A stretch of DNA of 64,000 bases from Scyliorhinus canicula (lineage: Eukaryota): NCBI RefSeq assembly GCF_902713615.1, contig NC_052162.1, forward strand, positions 130,596,653 through 130,660,652, in the 5' to 3' direction. Shown here piece by piece: positions 12,786-24,366 of this stretch. Below the pieces are notes generated by a model. It saw only the letters and a program-made list of their open reading frames with translations, was not told where the DNA came from and did no database searches. Made by a program: the position numbers and the translations under genes. Within the stretch, counting starts at the first letter, position 1; each line of letters begins with the position of its first letter.

Positions 12786-13802
12786 ATGAGAGCAGTTAGT
12801 AAAATATGCGGGATCTAAGGATTCATAAATAGAGGCATTGGATACAAAAGCAGGGCAAGTAAAGCTCTGGTTGGATCACAGCGAAAGGATCATGTCTCGT
12901 TCTGTTCACCTCATTGCTTTGAAGGAGATGCAGAGCATATTTTCCATAATGGTTCCAGGAGAATGGGAATTTCAATACAAGGTTGGTTTGGAGAAGCTGA
13001 GACTGTTCTCCTTGGAGCAAAGGAGTTGAGGGGAGATTTGATAGAGTTGTACAATATGTACACAGGTTTAATCCAGGTACACAATGAAAATAATGTTTCC
13101 ATTGGGTGATGCTCACGATTAGGGGACACATATTGAAGTTTTGGGCAAGAGGTACAGGGGAGAGGAGTGCCTTTTTAACACAGCAAGAGGTAATGCTCAG
13201 AACGTACTGCGTACAAGGGTGGTGGAAGTGGCGATGGTGAATGATTTATCAAGGAAATTGGATAGACAATTCAGGGAAATAAATGTCGGAGAAAATAAGG
13301 CTGATGGATTGCTCTCTTCTGGGAGCATTAAAGGTAAATAAAAACCGAAAATGTTGCAACTGGAGGAGTCCTAGCAGACTCAACACATTAACTTCATCTC
13401 TTGCCGCCAGCCCTGCCAACAACTTGTTCGAAAAAGTTTCTGTTTTTATTTCAAATGTCACCATCGACGTATTTAGTTTTTATTGTTGTGGTAAATCTGC
13501 ACATCCTCCAAGGCCAACACAGTTTGTGTTTTTAAGATGTGGTGCTCAGAACTGAACCCAGTTCTCCAAATGTGCTTTTTTTCCAGCCACATTGCTATCT
13601 TTGGATTTGTTTATTCTCACGTGTACCGAAGTACAGTGAAAAGTATTTTTCTGCGTGCAGCTCAAACAGATCATTTAGCTCACGAAAAGAAAACCCGTAA
13701 TAGTGCAACACAAGGTCCACAATGTAAACACCTAGATACCGGCACCTGACATCTTTTATCACACACACACACGTAAACCTATTGCCTTCCATAATCAAAG
13801 GC

Positions 13803-14034
13803 TCAGTAAGAGGTCTTACAACACCAGGTTAAAGTCCAACAGTTTTGTTTGGAATCACTAGCTTTTGGAGCACTGCTCCTTCATCAGGTGAGTCACTCCC
13901 CCCCCCGTGCCCTCATTCACTCACCTGAGGAAGGAGCTGCGCTCCGAAAGCTAGTGATTCCAAATAAACCTGTTGGGACTTTAACCTGGTGTTGTCAGAC
14001 TTCTTACTGAGCCCAGCGCCGGCCTCGTCACATA
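13803..14034. mobile_element. Penelope-derived fold-back element 1
   Basis: About 90-bp inverted arms. 12-bp TSD ataatcaaaggc at 13791-13802 and 14035-14046. Confidence 0.85.
13921..13957 (+). ncRNA. Minimal type I hammerhead ribozyme motif
   Basis: tcac-CTGAGGA-a-ggagc(tgc)gctcc-GAAA-gc-TA-gtga: helix I tcac/gtga, 5-bp helix II, palindromic AGCU in place of helix III. Confidence 0.75.
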
Positions 14035-14584
14035 ATAATCAAAGGCCAATGATCTTGAGATCCTGATGAAACGAGTGACTCTGTCTGACCTTAATGTTAT
14101 ATTTAGTTTGAGTTTGCTGTGTGTAAATCCTCCCATTCTAACCCCCCCCCCCCTTCTCCCACCTATTAAAGGAGCTTCCACAATCCAGCACTGTCAATCC
14201 TGGCCAGAAACGGCAGCATTGTGGATAGCACAATCGCTTCACAGCTCCAGGGTCCCAGGTTCGATTCCGGCTTTGGTCACTGTCTGTGCGGAGTCTGCAC
14301 ATTCTCCCCGTGTGTGCGTGGGTTTCCTCCGGGTGCTCCGGTTTTCTCCCACAGTCCAAAGATATGCAGGTTAGGTGGGTTGGCCATGATAAATTGCCCT
14401 TAGTGTCCAAAACCGCCCTTAGTGGTGGGTGGGGTTACTGGGTTATGGGGATAGGGTGGAGGTGTTAACCTTGGGTGGGGTGCTCTTTCCAGGAGCCGAT
14501 GCAGAGTCAATGGGCCGAATGGCCTCCTTCTGCACTGTAAGTTCTATGAAATGCACAACATTATCTCCTCCTGCTGACAGGGAG

Positions 14585-15165
14585 AGCAATTGCGCATGCG
14601 CCTACTGCATCCCCCTGCGATCAAGATGGCAGCCGATAACCGGGGTTTGTCATCAAAAATCTCGCAGCTGCTCTTGGAGAAAGCAGGTTAGTTTTTTTAT
14701 TGGGGTCTGAAAGTCGACGTCAGTTATTTACAAATCTTTCCAGTTCAACAGCTCAATTCTTTACCTGCCCGGGGATATCTGTTACCGCAGCGCAGATCGA
14801 ACACCAGCTCCGACGTCCGATTCTGGCACGACACTGCGCATGGTCCAGTCACAACGCCATCTACGCCTGCGCGGGAGGTGCTCCGAGGGCTCCGCCCCCT
14901 CATTCATTCCGATTGCTTGGAGGACCAGCCGCTCCCTCTCGGTCCTCCAGCCCCGCCCCTTCATTCACTCCGATTGGTTGGAGGACCAGCCGCGGCCGCT
15001 CGGTCCTCCAGACCCGACCCTTCCTTCACTCCGATTGGTTGGAGGACCAGCCGCTCCCGCTGGGTCCTCCAGCCCCGCCCCCTTTCCTGGTCCGGAATCT
15101 CAATCTCCCGCTTCCGGCTTCACCCCGGCTCCAACTTCAACCAAAGGCCCAAGTGGGAAAAGGTG
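14585..15165. promoter_or_regulatory. Bidirectional CpG-island promoter for ZF1 (-) and ZF2 (+)
   Basis: CpG-rich. NRF1-type GCGCATGCGC at 14592, YY1-type CAAGATGGC at 14622, ATTGG and GC boxes. Divergent donors at 14764 (-) and 15163 (+, AAG|GTGAAT). Confidence 0.75.
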
Positions 15166-15432
15166 AATGTTTCTGGACATTAAAATCTACTCAAATCATC
15201 AAAGATAAATTGTTGTTGTGAATTGTATTTGTTAGAATGAGAGTTAAAGTGTGGGCTTGAGCCACAGTCTGAGTCACCAGTTTAAGGACAGAGAATCTGC
15301 AGGAGACTGAATCTGGGAGAGGAGTGTGTAGGGCAGAGATTCATAGATTTGGGGGAATGTAACATATAAACTAGAATCTGTTCTGAATTTATATCCTGTA
15401 TTTACTAGTTTATTTACTGTATTTACTGGTGA

Positions 15433-15603
15433 GAGGCTGGTTTAGCACACTGGGCTAAATCGCTGGCTTTGAAAGCAGGCTAGCAGCACGGTTCAATCCC
15501 CGTACCAGCCTCCCCGAACAGGCGCCGGAATGTGGCGACTAGGGGCTTTTCACAGTAACTTCATTTGAAGCCTACTTGTGACCATAAGCGATTATCATTT
15601 TCA
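15433..15603 (+). mobile_element. tRNA-derived SINE family C (tail gaagcctacttgtgacaataagc)
   Basis: Copies at 22248-24020 (split by an L1), 26923-27030, 34570-34712 (-), 62420-62596 (-). Same tail on family D at 35766-36017 and 61285-61562. Confidence 0.8.
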
Positions 15604-15955
15604 CTGATAACTTCTGTAAACGCCTCTTACAGGGAGTTAGAAGGAGCAAAGGTCCAGATGGGAAAGTCATCATGTCAAAATCTGACATTCACTCCATTCA
15701 TCAGGAACTGAATATCATCGGCCTTTGTCTGTTCTGTCTGTGGGAAAAGATCTCAAACATCAGTGTGTCTGGAAAAGCACCGAGATACACACACCTGAGT
15801 GAGAGTGTTCCAGTGAACTGACTGGTAAGAGCTTCCACCAGTTACACAGTCTGAAACATCATCACACCATTCACAGCGGGGAGCAACCACACAAGAGTCC
15901 TGTGCGCGGGCAAGGCTTCAACTGGTCATCCAAACTGGAGAGACACAACTGCATC

Positions 15956-17050
15956 ATGGAGAAACCATGGACATATGGAGAATGTGGGATGGGATTCATT
16001 TTCCCATTCGAGCTGGATAATGATCAACGCAGTCACACTGGGGAGAGACCTTTCACTTTCTCCCTCTGTGGAGATGGTTTTCCCAAGTTATCAAGTCTGT
16101 CGACACACCAGCATGTTCACACTGGGGAGAGGCCATTCAGATGCTTCATGTGTGGGAAGGAATTTGCTTACTCATCTGACCTTCTGGCACATGAGGAAGT
16201 CCACACTGGGGAGAGGCCATTCACCTGCTCTGTGTGTGGGAAAGGATTCACTCAGTCATCCCAGCTCACTGAACATCAACTTGTACACAGTGATCAGAGA
16301 CCTTTTAAATGTTCCGACTGTGAGAAGAGCTTTAAAAGCAGTAAGTATCTGCGAATACACCAGCGACTTCACACTGGGGAGAAACTGTTCACCTGCTCCG
16401 AGTGTGGGAAAAGTTTCATTCAGTCATCTGATCTACTTATACACAAGCGTGTTCACACTGGGGAGAGGCCATTCACTTGCTCCAACTGTGGAAAAGGGTT
16501 CACTCTGTCACACCACCTCCTGACACACCAACGAGTTCACACTGGGGAGAGGCCGTATACCTGCTCCGTGTGTGGGAAGGGATTCACTCAGTCATCCCAT
16601 CTGCTGACACACCAGCAAGTTCACACTGGGGAGAGGCCATTCACCTGCTCTGAATGTGGGAAGGGATTCATTCAGTCATACCAACTTCTGATGCACCAGC
16701 GGGTTCACACTGGGGAGAGACCATTCACCTGCTCTGTGTGCGCAAAAGGATTCACTCAGTCATCTGACCTACTGGTTCACCAGCGCGTTCACACTGGGGA
16801 GAGGCCATTTACCTGCTTTGTGTGTGCGAAGAGATTCACTCAGTCATCTCACCTGCTGAAACACCAACAGGTTCACACTGGGGAGAGGCCGTTCATGTGT
16901 TCTACATGTGGGAAGGGATTCACTCAGTCATCCCACCTGCTGAGACACCAGCGGGTTCACACTGGGGAGAGGCCTTTCACCTGCGCCGTGTGTCAGAAGG
17001 GATTCTCGCAGTCATCTCACTTACTGACACACCAGCGAGTTCACAAATGA
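15956..17050 (+). CDS. ZF2: tandem C2H2 zinc-finger protein, 11 intact plus 2 degenerate fingers
   Basis: Acceptor cttacag|G at 15632/15633. First in-frame ATG (atcATGG) at 15956. Open to TGA at 17050. Confidence 0.9.
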   Translation: MEKPWTYGECGMGFIFPFELDNDQRSHTGERPFTFSLCGDGFPKLSSLSTHQHVHTGERPFRCFMCGKEFAYSSDLLAHEEVHTGERPFTCSVCGKGFTQSSQLTEHQLVHSDQRPFKCSDCEKSFKSSKYLRIHQRLHTGEKLFTCSECGKSFIQSSDLLIHKRVHTGERPFTCSNCGKGFTLSHHLLTHQRVHTGERPYTCSVCGKGFTQSSHLLTHQQVHTGERPFTCSECGKGFIQSYQLLMHQRVHTGERPFTCSVCAKGFTQSSDLLVHQRVHTGERPFTCFVCAKRFTQSSHLLKHQQVHTGERPFMCSTCGKGFTQSSHLLRHQRVHTGERPFTCAVCQKGFSQSSHLLTHQRVHK

Positions 17051-18459
17051 GTTGTATTGCTGCTGTAAGTCACGTCCAGGACTGAACATGTAGGTGAATC
17101 CTGAAGTGTGTAAGAAATGCAGCCCAGCCACTCCTGAAAGCTCCTTTACAACTGTGTTTAGAGTCAGGAAAAACAATGGTGAATACTGGAAATGTGCTGT
17201 CAGAATCATAGAATTTACAGTGCAGAAAGAGTCCATTTGGCCCATCGAGTCTGCACCAGCCCTTAGGAAAGAGCAGCCCACTTAAGCCCACGCCTCTACC
17301 GTATCCCTGTAACCCCATTTGGACAATAAGGGCTATCTATCATCGCCAATTCACCTAACCTGCACATCTTTGGACTGTGGGAGGAAACCGGAGCACCCCA
17401 AGACGGGAATCGAACCTGGGACCCTGGAGCTCTGAAGCAACTGTGTTAAACACTGTGCTGTCAAATCAGAGATTGGTGTAAAATTGGGATCTGTTCCTGA
17501 CTGAAAGTGAAACAGCAGGTTTAAGTTTCCAATCTGACAACAGTAAAAAGATTTAAAATGTTTTGTGACATTCCTGAGTCTACCAATGTAAGGCAATAAC
17601 AACATCAAGTTACATTTTCCTCCTCCTATTGACCTCAATGTGTTGCAAACTGACAGCTGGAAATTATCAACATTTGAAAGATATTTACAGATGATTTGAG
17701 AGTTTCTTACAGTTGGGATCTTTTTCTGTCCTGTCCATTCAAGGTGTTTGATAACAGACTTTCTCCTGTGAAAATCCAGCTGGAGTTTTGGGCCCTGATG
17801 TGTTTCCTTGTTCATCTTGTTGACTCTAAACATTGAATCTGGTAGTTTCAGACACAAGAGAATCAAACTCCCAACAACAGATTGTCTTTTACTGACTTTA
17901 TTAACAGTTCTGCAATAATAGACTGACCTTACATGGTCCGGTCCTGGATTGGCCATGATAAATTACCCTCAGATACCAAAAAAGTTAGGAGGGGTTATTG
18001 GGTTACAGGGAAATGGTGGAAGTGAGAGCTTAATGGGTCGGTGCAGACTCGATGGGCCGAATGGCTTCCTTCTACACTATGTTCTACATTCTATGAAATT
18101 CTTAAATCATGAGATTTTTATGCACTTCAGACCCTGTAATATAGGAGTGGTCTATTGGGCTGTAATTATAATATAATTGTGATTCAATATTCCTTCTTTT
18201 AATATCTTGTCCACCACTTCCCTGTTACCTGGTGGATTTGTTTATTGTTGTTATTACAGGATTTACATTTTAGCTTGATTCCTTACTTTATAGTTGAATT
18301 TTATGATTTTTTTTTAAATGTACGTTACACTACAATTCAGCCTTTGGGATGTGAACAAGCCTCTTGAATAAAATTCCATTATATTTAAAAAGTAGTTACC
18401 CGATCTGGAGAACAGAGATAATACAATGGATTCAGAGCTCCCTTCTCCTCAGACTGATA

Positions 18460-19785
18460 GATGTAGGAGCAGAAGTAGACCACTCGGCCCATCGAGTCTG
18501 CTCCGCCCATTCAATGAGATTGTGACTGATCTGTTGTGATAATCCTCAACTCCACTTTCCCGCCTTTTTCCCATAAACCCTCGATTTCCTCACTGATGAA
18601 AAATCTGTCTGTCTCTGCCTTGAACGTACTTAACGGCCCAGCCTCTCCAGGAAAGAATTCCACACATTCCCCACCCTCCCGAGAGGGGAAATTCCTCCTC
18701 ATCTCTGTCTGAAATGGGGACGACCCCCTTACTCTGAGATTCTGCCCCCTGGTCCTGGACTCTCCCACAAGGGATAAAAATGTCAGCATCAACCTCATTG
18801 AGCCCCCCCTTGAGAATCTTATCTGTCTCAATAAAGTCACCTCTCATTCTTCTAAATTCCAATGAGTAAAGGCCCAACCTGAGCAGGCAGCATGGTGGCG
18901 CAGTGGTTAGCACTGCTGGCTCATGGCACCGAGGTCCCAGGTTCGACCCCGGCTCTGGGTCACTCTCTGTGTGGAGTTTGCACATTTTGCGTGGGTTTCG
19001 CCCCCACAACCCAAAGATGTGCAGGGTAGGTTGATTGGCCACGCTAAATTGCCCCTTAATTGGAATAAAATCAATTGGGTATTTTAAATTTATTTAAAAA
19101 AAAGTAAAGTCCCAACCTCCCCTCATCAGAAAATCCCTCCATACCAGGGATAAATCTAGTGAAGCTTCTCGGGACTGCCTCCAATGCCAGTATATCGTCC
19201 CTTAGATAAGGGGAACAACACTGTTCACAGTATTCCAGGTGAGCTCTAACTGGTGCCTTGCAGTTTTCTGAGGACTTCCCTATTTTTATATTCCATTCCC
19301 ATTGAAATAAAGGCCAACATTCCATTTTCCTTCCAAATTATCTGCTGAACCGACACGCTGGCTTTTTGTAAGTTATGCACGAGGGCCCCAAATCCCTCTG
19401 TGCTGCAGCTTTCTGCAGTCTTTCTCAATTTAAATAATATTCAGCTGATTTATTTTTCCTACCAAAGTGCAGAACGTCACATTGCCCACTCACCGAACAT
19501 GTGTATATATGGACTATTTTTGTCATCCTCACCACTTGCCTTCCAACCTGTTGTGTCATCCGCAAACTTGGCAATGATGCACTCACTTCCCCTGTCTTAT
19601 CCCAACTCTCATAACAACTGTCCTTCTTCTATCAGTTAGCCAATCCTCTATCCATGCTAATGTGCAACCCCAAACACCATGTTCTCTTATCTTATTAAGT
19701 AGCCTTTTGTTTGGTGCCTTATCAAACACTTTTTTTAGAAATCGAAGTATATTAAGTCTGCTGGTTCCCCTTCATCTATCCTGCT
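18460..19785 (-). mobile_element. Decayed CR1 LINE with nested SINE
   Basis: LGLYSLEFRRMRGD and HLEYC motifs, CR1 tail at the left end. Confidence 0.85.
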
Positions 19786-20109
19786 CTGATCGAACAAGCT
19801 GCAGCTACACTGGAGATATTTACATTTAACTTGTTCACTACATTTGTGATCTGCCCCTGTTCAGCCCATAACCACAGGATACCTGTGCATGGTTCTGAGT
19901 GTGAACACCAGGCTGTGTCACGGTCACGCACACAGATACCATTTCCTTGGTGCACATCTCCACACAAGAGACCAGCTATTTACACATTCCCGATTCTACA
20001 CAATTGCAGCAACATGAGCAAAGATGTGAGGTTCATTAATAATCATCCACATTTCATAACAACAAAGATTCCACTGGGACAAAGATTCAGTCATTTTATA
20101 TTACAGGCA

Positions 20110-20523
20110 AAATACAGAGCAGTACAGGAGCACACTGACAGTGTAACACAGTCTCATCAGTCTGCAAACTCCTGTTAAATACAGAGCAGTACAGGAACAC
20201 ACCGACAGTGTAACACAGTCTCATCAGTCTGCAACCTCCTGTTAAATACAGAGCAGCACAGGAGCACACTGACAGTGTAACACAGTCTCATCAGTCTGCA
20301 GACCCCTGTTAAATACAGAGCAGTACAGGAGCACACTGACAGTGTAACACAGTCTCATCAGTCTGCAGGCTCCTGTTAAATACAGAGCAGTACAGGAGCA
20401 CACTGACAGTGTAACACAGTCTCATCAGTCTGCAGACTCCTGTTAAATACAGAGCAGTACAGGAACACACTGACAGTGTAACACAGTCTCATCAGTCTGC
20501 AGACTCCTGTTCAATACAGAGCA
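20110..20523. repeat. 67-bp minisatellite, 6 full units plus a partial
   Basis: Unit aaatacagagcagtacaggagcacactgacagtgtaacacagtctcatcagtctgcagactcctgtt starting at 20110, 20177, 20244, 20311, 20378, 20445. Confidence 0.95.
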
Positions 20524-21576
20524 AGAAGTCTTCCAACACCAGATTAAAGTCCAACAGGTCTGGCTGGAATCACGAATTGTCGGAATGTAGCTCCATCAGG
20601 TGAGTGAAGAGGTAAGTTACACAAATACAGCATATATAGACAAAGCTAATGATGCTTTGAATGCAGGTAAATAAGTCTTTACAGATCCAAACGGTGTGAC
20701 TGGAAAGAGTGATAATCACAGGTTAAAGAGGTATGAATTGTCTCAAGCCAGGACAGTTGGTAGGATTTCTCAAGCCCAGGCCAGATGGTGGGGGGGGGGG
20801 TGAATGTAATGCAACATGAATCCACGGTCCCAGTTGAGGCCATACTCATGTGTGCGGAACTTGGCTATCGGTTTCTGCTCGGCGATTCTGTGTTGTCGCG
20901 CGTCCTGAAGGCCGCCTTGGAAAACGCTTACCCAAAGATCAGAGGCTGAATGCCCTTAACTGCTGAAGTGTTCCCCGACTGGAAGGGGACATTCCTGCCT
21001 GGTGATTGTCACGCGATGTCCGTTCATCCGTTGTCGCAGCGTCTGCATGGCCTCGCCAATGTACCACGCTTCGGGACATCCTTTCCTGCAGCGTATGAGG
21101 TAGACAACATTGGCCAAGTCGCATGAGTATGTACCACCTACCTGGTGTGTTCTCACGTGTAATGGTGGTATCCATGTCGATGATCTGGCACGTCTTGCAG
21201 AGGCTGTAATAGCAGGGTTATGTGGTGCTGTGGTCGCTGTTCTGAAGGCTGGGTAGTTTGCTGCAAACAGTGGTCTGTTTGAGGTTGTTTGAAGGCAAGT
21301 AGTGGGATTGTGGGGATGACCTTGGCAAGATGTTAGTCTTCACTGATGACGTGTTGAAGGCTCCAAAGATGCCGTCGTTTCTCCACTCCGGGAAAGTACT
21401 GGACGACGAAGGGTACTCTGTCGGTTGTGTCCAGTGTTTGTCTTCTGGTGCGTTTTTTGCTGAGGCGGGTTGGAACTGTAGATTGACGAGTTGAACACCA
21501 TATCCCGTTCGTACGCGGGCATCTTTCAGTGTCTGTTCTGCTCCTCCTCGTCTGAGCAGATCCTGTGTATACGGAG
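20523..21576 (-). mobile_element. Penelope-like element 3' part (GIY-YIG endonuclease and terminal repeat)
   Basis: ANVVYLIRCRKGCPEAWYIGE..TLRQRMNGHR. Its 3' end (20523-20606) matches the arms of the four fold-back elements and carries a decayed hammerhead. Confidence 0.88.
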
Positions 21577-21644
21577 GCAATATGGGTATAGCTCAGGAAT
21601 AGGAAAGGTGTAGTCACAATGTTGGGGGTTTACTGTAGGCCTCC

Positions 21645-24366
21645 ATAAGACATAGGAACAGAATTAGGGCACTCGGCCCATCGAGTCTGCTCCGCCATTC
21701 ACTCATGGCTGATATTTTCTCATCCCCATTCTCCTGCCTTCTCCCCATAACCCCTGATCCCCTTATTAATTAAGAACCTATCTATCTCTGTCTTAAAGAT
21801 ACTCAGTGATTTGGCCTCCACAGCCTTCCGCTGCAAAGTGTTCCACAGATTCACCACCCTCTGGCTGAAAAAATTCCTCCTCATCTCTGTTTTAAAGGAT
21901 GGTCCCTTTAGTCTGAGATGGTGTCCTCTGGTTCTAGTTTTTCCTACAAGTGGAAACATCCTCTCCACGTCCACTGTATCCAGGCCTCGCAGTATCCTGG
22001 AAGTTTCAATAAGATCCCCCCTCATCCTTCTAAACTCCAACGAGTACAGACCCAGAGTCCTCAACTGTTCCTCAAAAGACAAGTTCTTAATTCCAGGGAT
22101 CATTCTTGTGAACCTCCTCTGGACCCTTTCCAAGGCCAGCATATCCTTCCTCAGATACGGGGCCCAAATCTGCTCACAATACTCCAAATGGGGTCTGACC
22201 AGAGCCGTATACAGCCTCAGAAGTACCTTCCTGGTCTTGTATTCAGCAGGGGCTGGTTTAGCACAGTGGGCTTAACATTTGACTTGTAATCGATTAAGAT
22301 GACGGTGCTCCCGAGGTTTTTGTTTCTTTTCCAGTGCCTCCCCATATTGATCCCAAAGGCTTTTTTCATTCGGGTGAATAAGTCGATTCTGGGGTTCGTG
22401 TGAGCGTGGAAGGCCCCGAGAGTAAGGAGGATATTTTTGGAGCGAAGAAGGGAGGTAGGGGGCCTGGCGCTGCCCAACCTGTGTGGATATTATTGGGCAG
22501 CGAATGTGGCAATGATTCGCAGGTGGGTGACGGAAGAGGAGGGTGACGCATGGAAGAGATTGGAGGTGGCGTCCTCTGCGGGTACGAGTCTGGAGGCTTT
22601 GGTGACGGCCCCACTTCCACTCCCCGCAGCTAAGTACTCTACGGGTCCGGTGGTGGTTGCGTCCCTTAAAATCTGGGGACAGTGGAGGCGGCATAGGGGG
22701 GGAAGAGAAGGCCTCAGTTTGGGCCCCGATACGGGGCAATCACCATTTTGCGCCAGGGAGAACGGGTAGGGGATTTGGGAGTTGGCACAGGGCAGGCATC
22801 AGACAGTTTGGGGACCTCTTCCTGGATGGGAAGTTCGCGACTCTGGAGGAGCTGGTGGGGAAGTGGAACCTCCCCCCGGGAACGCTTTTAGGTATATGCA
22901 GATCAGGGCATTTGTTAAACGGCAGGTGGCGGAGTTTCCGCGGCTGCCGCCAAGGGGGGTGCAAGATAGGGTGCTTTCGGGGACGTGGGTCGGTGAAGGA
23001 AAGATCTCGGCTATTTACCAGCTGATACAGGAGGAGGAAGCCTCAGTAGAAGAGCTCAAAGCGAAGTGGGAGGAAGAGCTAGGGGAAGAGATTGAAGATG
23101 GAACGTGGTCCGACGCCCTGGAGGGGGTGAATTCCTCCTCCTCTTGCGCACGGCTCAGCCTAATTCAGCTGAAGGTGCTGCATAGGGCTCACATGACAGG
23201 GGCAAGGATGAGCCGGTTCTTCGGAGGGGAAGACAGGTGCGGGAGGTCCGGCGAACCACACCCATATGTTCTGGGCTTGTCCGGCCTTGGAGAGGTTTTG
23301 GAAGGGGGTGGCGGGGACTTTGTCGGAAGTGGTCGGATCTAGGGTCAGGCCGGGCTGGGGGCTCGCGATCTTTGGGGTAGCTTCGGAGCTGGGAGTGCAG
23401 GAGGCGAGAGAGGCCGGCATTCTGGCCTTTGCGTCTCTAGTAGCCCGGCGCAGGGTTCTGTTACAGTGGAGGGATACACGGCCCCCGAGTTCGGAGGCCT
23501 GGATCAACGACATGGCTGGGTTCATCAGGTTGGAGAGGATGAAGTTTGCCCTGAGGGGGTCGGTACAGGGGTTCTTTCGGCGGTGGCAGCCCTTTCTCGA
23601 GTTCCTGGCGAAGGGGTAGAGAGTGGTCGGTCTCAGTGGCAACTTTGGGGGGGGGGGGGGGGTTTGGGGGTTTGTTTTTGCAGCGGTGGGTTTGCTATGT
23701 TGTTATTTTCTTCTTTCTTGTATTGCTGTTGGTTTTTTGTTATTATTTATTTTGGGGGGGGGTTAGTTCTTTTCTTGTGTTGGTGTGGAAACACGCCTTG
23801 TTTGTTTTAAATTGTGGGGAGAAAATTTGTTATTGAAAAACTTGAATAAATATTATTTTAAAAAAAAACATTAGACTTGTAATGCAGAACAAGGCAGCAG
23901 CGCGCGGGTTCAATTCCCATACCGGCCTCCCCGAACAGGCGCCGGAATGTGGCAGTTAGGGGCTTTTCACAGTAACTTCATTGAAACCTATTTGTGACAA
24001 TAAGCGATTATTCTTATTGCCCTCTTGACATGAATGCTAACATTGCATTTGCCTTCTTAATTGCCAACTGAACCTGCACATTAACCTTCAGAGAATCGTG
24101 AACAAGGACTCCAAGTCCATTTGTGCTTCTGATTTCCTAAGCATTTCCCCATTGAGAAAATAGTCGATGCCTATATTCCTCCTTCCAAAGTGCATAACCT
24201 CACACTTTTCCACATTGTATTCCATCTGCCCACTTCATTGCCCACTCTCAGCCTGTCCAATCCTTCTGCAGCCCCCTTGCTTCCTCAATACTACCTCTCT
24301 ACAGATCTTTGTATCATCTGCAAACTTAGCAACAGTGCCTTCAGTTTCTTCTTCCAGATCATTAAT
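21645..24366 (-). mobile_element. Younger CR1 3' fragment nested in the CR1 above
   Basis: ORF 21720-22187 (MEYCEQIWAPYLRKD...RNFFSQRVVNLWN). gcctcc repeated at both junctions. Confidence 0.85.
22291..23866 (+). mobile_element. 5'-truncated L1/Tx1-like element inside SINE C
   Basis: ORF2 C-terminal homology to 5567-7872. 17-bp TSD aacattWgacttgtaat at 22274-22290 and 23867-23883 (1 mismatch). Confidence 0.9.

Noticed and set aside
10416-14764. KRAB/SCAN/BTB exon in ZF introns
   Set aside because: No matching peptide in the ORF track, and the introns are nearly all TE-derived. A very short exon cannot be excluded by eye.
17500-17513. ISRE-like GAAAGTGAAA
   Set aside because: Single short motif far from any promoter, plausible by chance.
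17351-17956. 201-aa minus-strand ORF
   Set aside because: Both ends lie in SINEs and no domain is recognisable. A TBLASTN/HHpred search would be needed to rescue it.
20110-20523. CRISPR array or tandem hammerhead satellite
   Set aside because: No unique spacers, eukaryotic context, and CTGATGA is present without a GAAA core.
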